Below, piece after piece: positions 51,553 through 64,000 of a stretch of DNA of 64,000 nucleotides (the first letter of the stretch is position 1; each line of letters starts with the position of its first letter). The notes under the pieces are model-generated. The model worked only from the letters and a program-made list of their open reading frames with translations, searched no databases and was not told the DNA's origin. Origin of the DNA: the human T2T-CHM13v2.0 reference genome, Homo sapiens; assembly GCF_009914755.1 (NCBI RefSeq), contig NC_060946.1. One strand, written 5' to 3'. Both the position numbers and the translations under genes were made by a program.

Positions 51553-52702
51553 ACAAGCTAGCAGAAAGTATCTGCATCATGTAACACATATAAAGGCTTA
51601 CATCCCTAACTTATAAAGAACTCTTAAATTTAGGGAAAAATGCCAAAATCTTCAATAACAGGCAAAACACATGAACAGACAATTCATGAGAAGAAATAAA
51701 AACTGACCCTTAAACACATGAAAAAACGATCAACTTCACTCTTAGGATAAACAAAAATTAAAACTACATTGATACACTACTTTTCACCCAGAAGACAGAC
51801 AAACATTCAAAAGCTAAACAAGTCATCCTGTTAGCAAAGACGTAGGAAAAGTTCTCTCACACATCTCTGGTGGCAATGCAAAGTACCATAAGCCCCAAAA
51901 AAGGGAATTTCACAGTATCTAACAAAGCTACATATGTGTACACTCCTGAGGCAATAATCCTAGGAATTTACCCTACAGATTTGTCCCTGAGAATTCAAAA
52001 ACACACATGCACAAAGCCAGGGAGTGTAAAATCATTTATAATGCAAAATGTCATAAACTACTGAAATACCAAAGCACAGGCCACTGGTTGAGTAACCGAT
52101 AGCACAGATACACAATGGAGTGCTATGCAGCTGTTTAAAAGGAGAATGAGATCTCTTGAACTTGCCTAACTTGCCTGGAAGTGATTTCCAGATTTTATTA
52201 CATGAAAAAAGCAACATGCAAAAGAACATATACAACATGCTACCTTCACTGAAAGAGCAATATATCCTCTTATTCTTAGATGAAAAATAACAGGAGGTTT
52301 AAAACAGAAAACAATGAAGTTAGTTACTTCCAAGAGGCTGGGGGAAATGCGGTATAAGTAATAAACAAGAGACAGTGACAATTCTGAGCAAAATTTCATA
52401 TAGTTTTGAGTTTTGAAAGTATACTAATACCTTCTATATTTAAAAAATTAAATCACTAAGAAAAAGGGGAATAAAATCTATTACTGAGAGCAAACTGAAG
52501 CAGACTTGCTTTTTAGATTGAGCAACTGAATAAATGTGCTGCTCTACAACCCAGAATTTTTATTGTAGAAGAACAGACATGCAAGAATGAAAAGGCAAAG
52601 AACTCAGTGGAGAAGGATAAGAACTGGAGGTGCTGGTATAAATTCATTATTTCTAAGTGATGTATATGTATATGAACATTTATGTGTATATACATAACGT
52701 GT

Positions 52703-52799
52703 AGGGGTGTTCAATCTTTTGGCTTTCCTGGAGCACATTGATAGAAGAATCGTCTTGGGCCACACACAAGATACACTAACACTAATGACAACTGATGAG

Positions 52800-52843
<44 letters not shown>

Positions 52844-52955
52844 AAAAAAAAAACCTCATAATGTTTTAAGAAATTTTATGAATTTCTGTTGGGCCACATT
52901 CAAAGCCATCCTGGACCACATGTAGCCTGCGGGCCATGGGTTGGACAAACTTCTG
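52703..52955 (+). mobile_element. MER30 with internal (CA)n microsatellite (52802-52841)
   Basis: GGGGTGTTCAATCTTTTGGCT..GGGCCATGGGTTGGACAAAC ends. Confidence 0.85.
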
Positions 52956-53454
52956 TAAGTGTATACACATGCATGTATTTCGTGACACCACCTGCTGAAA
53001 GGGTGAAGAAGTAAACACCCTCCAGTAGCAATGAGCACACCCGGCACCCATTCCCCACTAAAGGAATCTGGGTTACTTATTTAACAATGGACTTATTCCA
53101 GGACTCGGGCATGGGAGGTATAAGATGAGCTTGTAACATCTTGTTACACCAAAAAGTAATGAAGTGTTCAAAAAAGCGGTGAGGGCAGAACACCAGTGCC
53201 AGCTTGAAGGAGCAACTGACAGCAAGTATGTGACTATTTGAGCCAAAAAATAATTAGGTAATGAGTTGTAAATGATTGAAGATAATAGGAGTTCATGAGT
53301 CAATATTAATAGTAAGCTTAACATGTGAAAGAAGTGTTCTTGCTTACAAAAGAAAGCAGAGGGCTAACTGGTAAATGTGGTGGGAGTGCTAGAGCTGGAA
53401 ATGCATCATTTGCAACCAAAAGAAAGCATGTTAAAATGGCATCATCAGGCAGTA

Positions 53455-53780
53455 AGTTTGTTGTGTTGTTGCTGTTGTTGTTGTTGTTGCTGTTTTTTGA
53501 GATAGAGTCTATCTCTGTCACCCAGGCTGGAGTGTAGTAGCATGAGTCCAACTCACTGCAACCTCACCTCCTGGGTTCAAGCGATTCTCCGGTCTCAGCA
53601 TCCTGAGTAGCTGGGATTACATGGCACCCGCTACCATGCCTGGCTAATTTTTGTATTTTTAGTACAGACAGGGTTTCACCATGTTGGCCAGGCTGATCTC
53701 GAACTCCTGACCTCAACTGATCCACCCACTTCAGCCTCCCAAAGTGCTGGGATTACAGGTGTGAGCCACCACACCCGGCC
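53455..53780 (-). mobile_element. AluS with (TTG)n tail
   Basis: Dimer, reverse complement. Confidence 0.92.
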
Positions 53781-56700
53781 TAGGGAGTAAGTTTTTCAAA
53801 TCTAGAAGGAAATTCTGAGGAAAAGCAAGATATTTGCATGGTCTTAAAGTATCCTCACATACTGCTTTATTAGATACAAGGGAGGGGGGAATAGAAATTG
53901 GGCAACAGCCTGACCAGGTGATTCTCATGAGGGAAAGTGGAATAATATGTGCTTCCAGTTGTGATACCCTGAGGATGGATCAGCATTTTGCAGTATTCTG
54001 GCCAATAATGCATGCCTCTCATCTAATTATAAGGGGTTATCAAAAACAAAATGGGGAAATTTCTGTTTGAAAAAAGAAAAAAAACAAGTATATCGAGAAC
54101 TCTATTCTTCAAAAATACCAATGACAAAAACTAAATCCTAGAACCTACTTGGAGGAAGGGGTAGATTATGAAGGACATAAGATCAAATGACATAACTGTA
54201 ATATGGCTGGTACATTAGATAAACATACGGCATTGATGTAAGTTTAGGAATTTGATAGCAGGATTGTGATTTTTAAAGAATATTCCTACTATTAAGAAAT
54301 ACATACTGAAATGGTGGTAAAAAGGCACAATGTATGTAATTAACCCTCAAATAGTAGGGGGTTGGGGGAATAGAGACACACAGACACACACACATACACA
54401 CACACACACACAGAGAAAGTGAGAGAGGGCATGCCCAATGATAATGAAATGCTAACAACAGATATATCTAAGTAAATGGGATATGGGTATTATTTTTATT
54501 TTTTCCAACTTTTAGAGTTTGAACTTATTTTCAAGTAAAAGCTTTCTAAAAACGCATAACATACCAAAGAACAGACATTCTTGAGATAAAAGTAGGAAAA
54601 AGAAACCTATCTGACAATGACTGGTTTACAATAAAGATCCTTAAAAGATCAACCCCACTCCAGCTCACCAGGGAGCAGCCCCAAACTAGACTGACAGCCC
54701 CGTGGGGGCACACTGATTTGCCCCAACATCTCCAGCCTTCACTACAGTGGTGTTCGCACACAGTAAACACTCAAATGTTAAATGCAAACAAATGAGCAAA
54801 TTATGACTCAAGACTACAGAGAGAACTACAGAAGAATTAAACAGCAGAGAAAGATGATCATTCTTCAAATGGTTCAAAGGACAAACCTTTCAATCTATGA
54901 AAAACTCTATGGTAACTGTTTCTGTACTTACTTTGTGTTAGGCATTGTGCTGGGCACTTTATAGATACCACTTCATTAAATCCAACATCCCTGTGAGGTA
55001 AGTACCGTTAACCTTCTATACACTGACTTAGGGAAGTTAAACAGGTAGCCAAAGATCATCAATTTAGTAACTGAAAAAACTGCAGTTTGACTCCACAGCA
55101 TAAGCTTTTAACCACCACACTATAGTGCCTTCATAGAACAGAATAAAAAAATTAAGTATCCAATAGTATTCCCAGAAATTATGTAATCCTGTCACTCTCA
55201 AAAGAGAATAGCAGATTACAAAGAGCAAATCAAAAAGAAGCACACCAAAGAGGAGACAGAACAAGCTGAGAAAGACACCCAGAATTCTCTACCAGTTCTC
55301 AAGACAATGAAAACCATAATAAAGAAGATTAAGAGCAAGAGACAAAAATTATCCAGTAGTTACTAGATATTATTAGAGAGTGTAAAGAAGGTAATTTTTT
55401 AAGTAAATATATTTTTTAAAAAAGGTGCTGGGGCAGGGGGTGGAGGCGGGGATGGGGATTCACACATCTCCCAAAGCTTTCAGGAAGAAAAAAAGGATTA
55501 TGATTAAATTTTTTCAAGTTAAGATTTTTCTCGTGACAGCATAAACTGAAAAAACTGAAGAAAATGTTTTCAGAGTATAAAAAAGAAAAATTTGTAATAT
55601 GAAACATTATACTGTGCCAAGTTCTTATAGCCTAAAAGGAACAGTCTCTTTCCGACATGTAGGGTTTCAAAAACTTTATAATTATTTTTAAAGGATCACA
55701 ACCAAGACTCCGAAAGATTGAGGGTAAAGTTGGAATTAACAGAGGAAATATATTTTTGCAAGAAAATTGTGACAAGGTTTACAATCTAGGTTAATCAAAT
55801 CAAACAGAGAAAAGGGGAATAAAAACTTTATTTTCAGTGGGGAATGGGAGAAAATTTATATCTTTAATATTTATAATCATTTACATTCACAAAATGAGAT
55901 TCTGAATTATAAATCATTGCAGGAAGTAAAAGAAGAGAAAAATAGAAAGAAAAGAAAAATTTTGCCTCAAAACAGCCAAGCATTTCAATTACAACCGTCA
56001 ATCCAAACAGTTACCTCTATTAAGCTTTTCAAAAGATACATTTTTATAACACAAAAGAATCCAAAATAAATGTGAAAAGATAACCATTCAACTGTTAAAC
56101 TAACACCCTACGTGGCCATAGTGTCAGGCAAAGCAAAATACCTGCCCTTCCTGATCCCTCAACAAAAAACACATTACATAGAATAAAGAACAATTTTATA
56201 CTGGTAAAAAAACACAATATATTAACACTGGCCTGACCTACTTGCTAAATAACAGCCACAAATTATTTGTTTAAAAATATGATAAATTGATAGGAACAAT
56301 TAATAGTGGTCAATTGTAACTTGTTGAATCAACAAGTCAAAAAATAAGGTAAAAGGACTTCATCTAACTAAATGAAATTAATAAACACAAATGCTACACC
56401 TTTAAAAAGTCAATACTTCAAGTATCAAAATATTTATTTTAAAAAACCTACCTTAGTTAAATTCTCTGATTAAATGAAATGTAAGCATAAATTAACATAC
56501 TTCAGCACAACTTAAAAAAAAGTTATTCGCTAAGGTATATACATACATAAAGTTACAAATACAATAAACTTGGCTTCAGTCAAAGCTATAGCCTAAGGTA
56601 AACTTATAGTCTTAAATGTCCTTTTTCCTTAGGAAAGAAAATGAATTACAAATTCAACTTCATATTAAAAGTAAAAAGGCAAGTAGAGGAACTGAGTGAA

Positions 56701-57920
56701 GATAAGAGTGTAAATATACAAATCAGTCAAACAGCAGAGTTTTTCCTTTCCAATGATGTCATTCAGCAAGAGAAGGAATCTGAACAACCTGAGGAAGCAG
56801 GCCAGAGTTCATCACAATCCTTCAGCCCTCAGGTCCCACTTCCCAGGTAGCCACAGCTGAGCACAGTTACCCAGCAGCTCTTTTTCCCCCCAGGAGAGAA
56901 AGCCCCTCCCCTCAACCCCCACCACTCAGGCAGATGCCTAGTAGAACTTGCTGAAGACCACAACAGAACCTGGTAATACTGCTTGCAGTTCTAGGTGCCA
57001 AACCTCACTGGCGAGGACAGGGTGCAGGTACAGAATCTCTCTGCGTCTGCTCCCACATCCTCCCCACGCCAGGGACCTGGGGTTCTGGCGACATCACCCT
57101 CCTTTCCCAGGCCCTCCACCTCCACCCTAGAAAAAGCAGTTCCGAGAAGGGCAATGACAATGCTGTGCCTTCCACTCCCGCACACGGGCCATCACGCCCT
57201 CTCCAGCTCCAGGGAAAACCCGCTCCAGGCCCATGCAGCACCTGAGGGTCATCTCCATCCCTCAACCTCGTGACACCAGCAGCCCAGGAAGGCTAAGCTT
57301 AAAAGCTAAACCGCACCTTGGATTCCAAGGGCTATCTCCACTACCCCACTGCCCCCAACCCGGCTCTGAACGCCTCCCCCTGAAGGGGCAGAAGCCAAGT
57401 GAGGTAGGAAGTTAGTTAATGAGTTCATCGGCATTTTTTATAATAGCTCAAAATTTTGAAGGACCCAAATGTTCACCAACAGGTGATTCAATACACAAAT
57501 TGTGGTATCTCCAGCACTCAGTAATACAAAAGAATCACTACTGATCTGTGCAGCAATAGGGATGAATATCAAAATAATTACACTGAGTTAAAGAAGCCAG
57601 ACCAAAAACGAGTATATAGTATATGAAGCTTTTATTAAAAATTCTAGGAAGTGAATACTAATCTATAGTGAAAAAGCAGACTAGGAAGACAGAGGGTTTG
57701 GGTTTGAACAGCCACAAAGCAAGCCAAGAGGCACCAGGAAACTTTGATGGTGATGACTATGTTCATTATCTTGAAGAGTGTACAGTTTACTGTATGTCAG
57801 TTATATGTCAGTAAAGCTGTTTTTAAAAAGCTGATGGTAATGTATAGATTTGAATAGATATCCGATTTGTCTGTTCTCCACATAAAACATACAGAGGATT
57901 TAAAAAAGTAAACAACTTAC

Positions 57921-58035
57921 TTTGCATTTCCAGCCATTGGTTGGTACAGATTTCATAATTCGTTGAAGACAAAAAGTATGATACCCTTTGTCACACGTAT
58001 CACACACTAGCATCTTGCTATCTTCTCCCGATTGT
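57921..58035 (-). pseudogene. KMT2C: KMT2C exon 9 copy (QSGEDSKMLVCDTCDKGYHTFCLQRIMKSVPTNGWKCK)
   Basis: AG acceptor and GTAAG donor; 115 nt; PHD cysteine pattern. Confidence 0.93.
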
Positions 58036-59887
58036 CTAAAAAGTAAGATAGCATTAATGATGGCTTATCTTTAAACTTATGTTTTGCAACATAAGTAATC
58101 ATGAAAATCATCAGTCCTGGGAACCGCACAGTTCATAAATACCTCAGTATCTGTTTTGTCTCTGCAGATAGTAACAGAGGTAACCCTACCATAAGGATTA
58201 CCTCCTAAATGGTGATCTTTACTCAATGCTCACCTATGGTTAACTTGCTCTAGCCATTTTAGGTTTCCTGCAAATGAGGAAGGGTTAAGGCAAGATGAAT
58301 AGCCTCTGATCTTTACTTTTAAAATATAATTTTTGAGAGGAAGGCGCTGTAACTGCTATGTGCTACTGTGTGGAAAGATCAAATCTTGGCACAGCAAATT
58401 GAAAAGACTGTCATATAACGTAAAGAGGATCAAATTTGACATCAGATCTCTATTTGTATCCAGGCTGCTGTTTTCTAGCTGTGTCACTAACAACTTAGAC
58501 TAAAGCTCTCTGAGTTTCAGGTATAAAACGGGAATAATAAACATTACTGTGAGAATTAAATGTAATGCAGGTTCAAGTGCTTAGAATGTCTATTAAGCAA
58601 TTAAATGCTGAATAATTATTTCAAAAGATGAACCTTGTCATAATTATTAAGAATTATAATTGAAAACCTAAAACCTTTCTTTAAACACTCTTCTGCCCCC
58701 AAAGATTGGGCCCCTGTCCTACAGCATTATCTCTGTTGAGATTTTTGACTATAATTACTTTCAGATACTATGATTTTAAATTCAAGAGGAGGGGAAGAGA
58801 AAAAACAGGGAAAGCAAGAAGAGCTGAGAGAGGAATCTCTGAATGAAATCTGGGGGATAAACAGAAGTCAACAGGAAGATGGGTCAGTTGGCCTCCAATT
58901 ATTATTCAGTTCAACCTCTCCATAAAAAGTCACATGTTTTATCTCTTCAGCTACATGCAAAGATCTTGGAGAACAAGTACTCTTCCTTCAAGTTCTTTTA
59001 ATCCTTCCCAAGAAACTGAGTGCAGATACAAGGTATCGAATAAATGTTTACTGAATATTTTATCTAATTTTTACCAAAATATGAAGGTACATAGTCCTAT
59101 TTATGTCACGTAACTCTAAGATATTGACGCTTATTTCTTATAAAACTAAATAATAAAAACAGACTGATCATGGCAGTTGGGCATAATTCTTGCTGGTTAC
59201 AACAAAAATTCTCAGCCTGTAAGTGAAGATGCTGGTAACATCCCCAAATTATCATGCTCATTAGAATCATGGGGGTGCAAGCGGAAATCACAGAAAAGAC
59301 TGGAGAAATGACCAAGAGATGAAATACAATAGGAAAAGATAACCCCCTTACAAATTTGTAAATGCCACATATTTCATTTTGGAATTATGCTGACCAGGAT
59401 CTACTCAAGGTGGCTTTTAGAGAGATGCAGATGTACATTAAAATAATAGTAGAAAGTGTCCTTCCTGGAATGGAAATTCAAACACATGACTGACGTTTTG
59501 ACTCAACTCTAATTCTTCTACGTCTGTAGTGAGAGGTTTAAATCCTATCACATCCCCTCCCCAGTGCCCCTGAAGACAAGTTACTTTATTCTTCTCATGC
59601 TTGTTTTAAATTGTTAATATCGCTTATTTTTTAAACTGTTGGTAAATTTAAATTAGCTCTTTAGACGACCAGAACAATTTAAATGATTAAAATCAGTTTT
59701 GTTTAGACTTCTTTCAAAATAATATAAACGTTAATATCCAGTAATTTTTTTAAGTATGATGAAGTCACTCTGAATGAATACAGCCAAAATATGAACAACC
59801 TCTATTATATTACACAAACTTTTAGCGCCTAGCAATAGGGTGCCTCTTAAACCCAATACACAGCTTTGAATTGAAATGAAAACTTAC

Positions 59888-60059
59888 TTGCAGTTCTGGC
59901 ACACTTTGCACTCAGGACATTGCCAACCTGCACGTTTTAAAGGAGTAACCGCTATATCCAGGCACATTCCATGATAGTGCTGACCACAAGTAGTACAAAA
60001 GAACTGATCTAAGAGGTCTCCCGGGCTGTCGCACACTGCACAGTTTGCATCTTCCTTCG
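59888..60059 (-). pseudogene. KMT2C: KMT2C exon 8 copy (PHD finger: AKEDANCAVCDSPGDLLDQFFCTTCGQHYHGMCLDIAVTPLKRAGWQCPECKVCQNCK)
   Basis: ORF 59884..60132; AG acceptor and GTAAG donor; 172 nt. Confidence 0.95.
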
Positions 60060-61097
60060 CTATAATTAACAGTAAAACAATGAAATTGTTGTATAAGAAT
60101 TTAAATTTTTTCTGACTACACAGTAAAATCATTTGAAAGGATTTGCATCATGAACCTTTCAGACATTTGAAGTTATTCACATTGAATTGTCATCTAATCA
60201 AAAAGAGGTATCAATAAAAACACTGTAGGGTATTTAATCTAAATGTAACCACATTAAATTTAATCGTATAGTTTTGCAATTATTTGTGGCTATATCTACT
60301 TAAGACCATAAGCAGGTCTTCTTTAATTTTCTATTCCTAATGCCAATGATAATGCTGGATACCTAATTAATGCTCAATATATGCTCACTGCAAAGAACCA
60401 AACAAGGAAAATACCAACTAAGAAATGCTTTGCAGTGTAACATAAACATTTTCTTTGAATGCTAAATATATTTTGAAATTACAAAATCAGACAAGAGACA
60501 AAATTAAGAAACGTTAATATCAATTAGACTAAGATGCTTCTTAAGCATAAACAGACTATTCAAATCACATAAGGGCTTTTTTTTGATTACTGGAAAATGT
60601 CTTATGTGGAAGAACATTAAAGACAGAAGCTACATATTCATACACAAACACATTACTTAATATACTAATTCTATATTCATCTATATTAATTTCTAGTTGT
60701 AAAAGCATTAAAATCCACATAATTATGGACATCATCCATCCCTAAATGTGGATTAAAAGAAAATGTACTAACAGTTCTTTTACCATATAAAACAGAAAAT
60801 ATAAGGATAAACTGCCCTGCCAAATATACAGTTAAACTTATGCATATTGCAAAATAAGGAAAATAATGTATTCTAAAATCATACCAATCTTAGATAATGT
60901 ATAAAAAATATGCCTGTATATAACAAGTATCACAAAGTATATGAATCTTTTCATTTTTTGAAGGTTTGATCATTCCTATCTACTATTCTGACTCATATGT
61001 TCTTTCTTTTCCAGTCAAGCTTATCATACCAACATTTGATAATAATATATAAATATGCCTGTATTTAACAAGTATCACAAAGTATATGAACCATTAT

Positions 61098-61392
61098 TTT
61101 TCCTTTTTTTTTTAGACAGTTTCACTCTGTCACCAAGGCTAGAGAGCAATGGCGCGATCTAGGCTTACTGTAACCTCCGCCTCCCAGGTTCAAGGGATTC
61201 TCACGCCTCAGCCTCCTCAGTAGCTGGGATTACTGGAGTGTGCCACCATGCCCACCTAATTTTTATATTTTTAGTAGAGACGATGTTTCACCACATAGCC
61301 CAGGCTGGTCTCAAACTCGTGAGCTCAAGCAATCCTCCTGCCTCACCCTCCAAAAGTGCTGGGATTACAGGTGTCACCTACCGCACTCAGCC
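61098..61392 (-). mobile_element. AluS/J
   Basis: Dimer, reverse complement. Confidence 0.9.
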
Positions 61393-61510
61393 TTTTTCCC
61401 ATTTTTTGAAGGTTTGGTCAGTCCTATCAATTTCTCTCTGACTCATACGTTCTTTCTTTTCCAGTCAAGCATCTTGAAACAGAGTAAAAATATATTTCTT
61501 TTATTTGTAC

Positions 61511-61700
61511 CGGAGTCTGCAAACTTTTCCTGAAAAGGGCCAGATAGTAAATATTTTAGGCTTTGTGAGCCATAGCAGTCTCTGACAAAAAGTCAGACCT
61601 TTTGTTTTTATTTACACTCTTTTAAAAATGTAAAAATAATTCCTCGCTTGAGGGCAGTACAAAAACAGGCTTCAAAATGTGGACGCTGGCTGGACCTCTG
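61511..61700. mobile_element. MER58-like DNA transposon
   Basis: GGAGTCTGCAAACTTTTCCTGAAAAGGGCCAGATAGTAAATATTTTAGGC. Confidence 0.7.
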
Positions 61701-62370
61701 ACATACTTCACGAAGGCTGGCTTAGCACCTAATACTCATCTGAAGCTGCATTAGTGAGGCTGCCAATGCCCATAGGAAACCCGATTTAGTCTTTGGCTTT
61801 TTTGCACTTTGTAGCATTTGCATTGCTAGCCACTCCCACATTAAAACGCCCCTTTCCTTAGTTTCTATCACGGCAACTCTCTCCTAATTTCTCCTTAGTT
61901 TTCCCCCACTTTCATCTCATCCTCCTTTGTTGGCTTTTGTACCTATACAATCTTTCTAAATGCTGGAGTTTCTTAGGATTTCATCCTTTTCCTTCTTTCC
62001 TAATCCCCCATAGTTTCCCTTTGTGATCACATCAACTCTCACGCCATAAAATGCCACCATGATTCCCAAATCTGTATTATTGGCCCTAGAATTCTTTCAT
62101 AAACCCCAAACCTTTATTCTTCAAGTCTTACTGGATCTCAATAGCCAAGTGTTCTAAACACTCAATCTCAACTGCTCTAAAGTGAAACTTTTTTAAAAAC
62201 CCGAAACAGCATCCATTTTTCTCAAGAATAGATAAAGGCAGAAACCTTAGTATCATTGTTGACTCTGAACTCAGCTTTGACCCAACACATCCAGCCAGAT
62301 CCCAATTCTTATGTATTAAACTTCCTACACATCATTCTTTCTTTATATGTTTATAGTTTAGTCTATCATA

Positions 62371-62450
62371 CTAGGTTGGTGCAAAAGTAACTGCAGTTTT
62401 TGACATTACTTTTAATGGCAAAGACTGCAATTACCTTTGCACCTACCTAA
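62371..62450. mobile_element. MADE1 (Hsmar1-derived 80-bp MITE)
   Basis: Imperfect palindrome TAGGTTGGTGCAAAAGTAA...TTACCTTTGCACCTACCTA flanked by TA. Confidence 0.9.
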
Positions 62451-62838
62451 TACTCTGTCTCGCTAACTGCAGTATCTTCTGCATCAAATCATCTCTACTT
62501 ACGGTTCTGACATCCTCTCTAAATCATTTTCTACACATCCAGAACAATCTTTCAAAAATGTAAATCTAATTGTTAACCTCTGTATAAATTAAAACTCCAC
62601 CAATACCTCATTTTTCACCTAAAAGAAAATCAGAATTTTCAAGTATGATGCAAAAAGGTCCTTATCTCCCTTTCCAACTGAATCTCAGAACCACTCACTA
62701 TTTCGTGGTCATGGTGGGTTGTCTTCCATGCACCTCACATAACATGCTATTCATGTCTGTGTGCTTTTACACATTCTGTTCCCTCTGCTTGAAATTTTGT
62801 TTTTCTGCTGTGCTCCCAGCCTTCAAAACTCTGCTCAT

Positions 62839-63129
62839 GGCTGGGCACAGAGGCTCATGCCTGTAATCCCAGCACTCTGGGAGGCCAAAGCAGATGGATC
62901 ACCTGAGGTCAGGAGTTCGAGACCAGCCGGGCCAACATGGTGAAACCCCATCTCTACTAAAAATACAAAATTAGCAGGGTGTGGTGGCACATGCCTGTAG
63001 TCCCAGCTACTCAGGAGGCTGAGGCAGGAGAATCGCTTGAACCAAGGAGGTGGAGGCTGCAGTGACTAGAGTTTATGCCACGGCACTCCAGCCTGGGGGA
63101 CAGAGTGAGACCCTGTCTCAAAAAAAAAA
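62839..63129 (+). mobile_element. AluSx-like
   Basis: Full dimer. Confidence 0.93.
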
Positions 63130-63699
63130 TCTGCACATTATTTCCTGAATACCTATTACCACACCCAAATACCCATTTAGTTGTCGAATATTACTTTTAC
63201 CCATATGCTTACAAGAAACTTCTGTTACATAATCATTTATTTACAGCACAACTCTGTGAATCCTTGAAGGACAGGAGCCTTAACTTTTTTAACTTTGTAT
63301 CCCCAACTGCCTAACATGAATCAAGTCTTATTGAACATATTTTAAGTGAAGGACTTACTGCTAAAATAACTTTTAAATGGCTCTTTAAGTGATAGGCATT
63401 TAAAATAAATCATTAATCTAACAATGGAAGCATCATAAATTGGTTCATTTTTGATAGAAAGGACATAACTGGGATGTTATGTTTCTTAATATTAAGAGAG
63501 TACTAGTATTTATCTTTCAAAATATGTACATTGAAAAATTGATCTCTTTTTGCTCACTGTAAAACTTTTAAAAATTGGGGGAATACTCAACTAATTATCA
63601 GAAACTAATTATCAGATAATCAATTCATTTTTCTATTATACTCTCCTAGGAACACTAAAATGCTTCTGTGAAACTTTCTAGAGTTTGTTCCCCTGACAC

Positions 63700-63975
63700 T
63701 TCAAGTTGCCATGGTAGCTACTAGCGACATGTGGTTTCTGAACAAGTGAAATGTAATTAGTTCAAATCGAGGTATGCAGTAAGCATAAAATGCTCACTGG
63801 ATTCCAAAATCTTAATGGGGAAAAAGTATCTCAAAATTTGAAATATTACTATTTTGGATTACTGAATTAAATAAAATTTACTACAATTGTTCCCAAATGT
63901 TTCCTTTTCCTCAAATTTTTAACATACCCACTAGAAAAATTACTTATGTTGCTCACATTATATTTATACTGCACA
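63700..63975. mobile_element. MER3-like DNA transposon
   Basis: GTAGCTACTAGCGACATGTGG..AAATGT motif. Confidence 0.6.
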
Positions 63976-64000
63976 GCACTGTTATATACAACAAAGTTCA

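Noticed and set aside
54697-54715. CTCF-like motif CCCCGTGGGGGCAC
   Set aside because: Mismatches at core positions; cannot be supported without ChIP data.

Overview
AT-rich primate (most likely human or great ape) genomic DNA, rich in Alu, L1, MER and MIR repeats. It looks like a segmental-duplication mosaic of two degenerate gene copies lying tail-to-tail. (1) About 1-30.9 kb, + strand: an unprocessed ANKRD36-family pseudogene. It has four 29-nt/73-nt tandem-repeat exon pairs, then the C-terminal coiled-coil exons through the stop codon (MLQVFKS*). It is disabled by nonsense codons, a frameshift, a lost splice acceptor, an L1PA2 inserted inside an exon and an apparent deletion of most of the repeat array. 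(2) About 31-64 kb, - strand: a partial KMT2C (MLL3) duplicate of the BAGE/KMT2CP type. Exons 8, 9 and 14-18 are present, exons 10-12 are deleted and exon 13 is reduced to a 25-nt stub. Exon 14 has a lost acceptor, a stop and a frameshift, and the copy ends inside intron 18. I see no intact protein-coding gene, RNA gene or CRISPR array, and no convincing new biological system. The most interesting signals are rearrangement scars: an exonic L1 fused in frame and carrying a 3' transduction, a twin-primed L1 without a TSD, deletion junctions, a candidate 93-nt in-frame KMT2C cassette exon, and paralog-specific variants that mimic recurrent 'KMT2C mutations'. Gene identities, exon numbers and repeat subfamilies come from my recall of these families, not from a database search.
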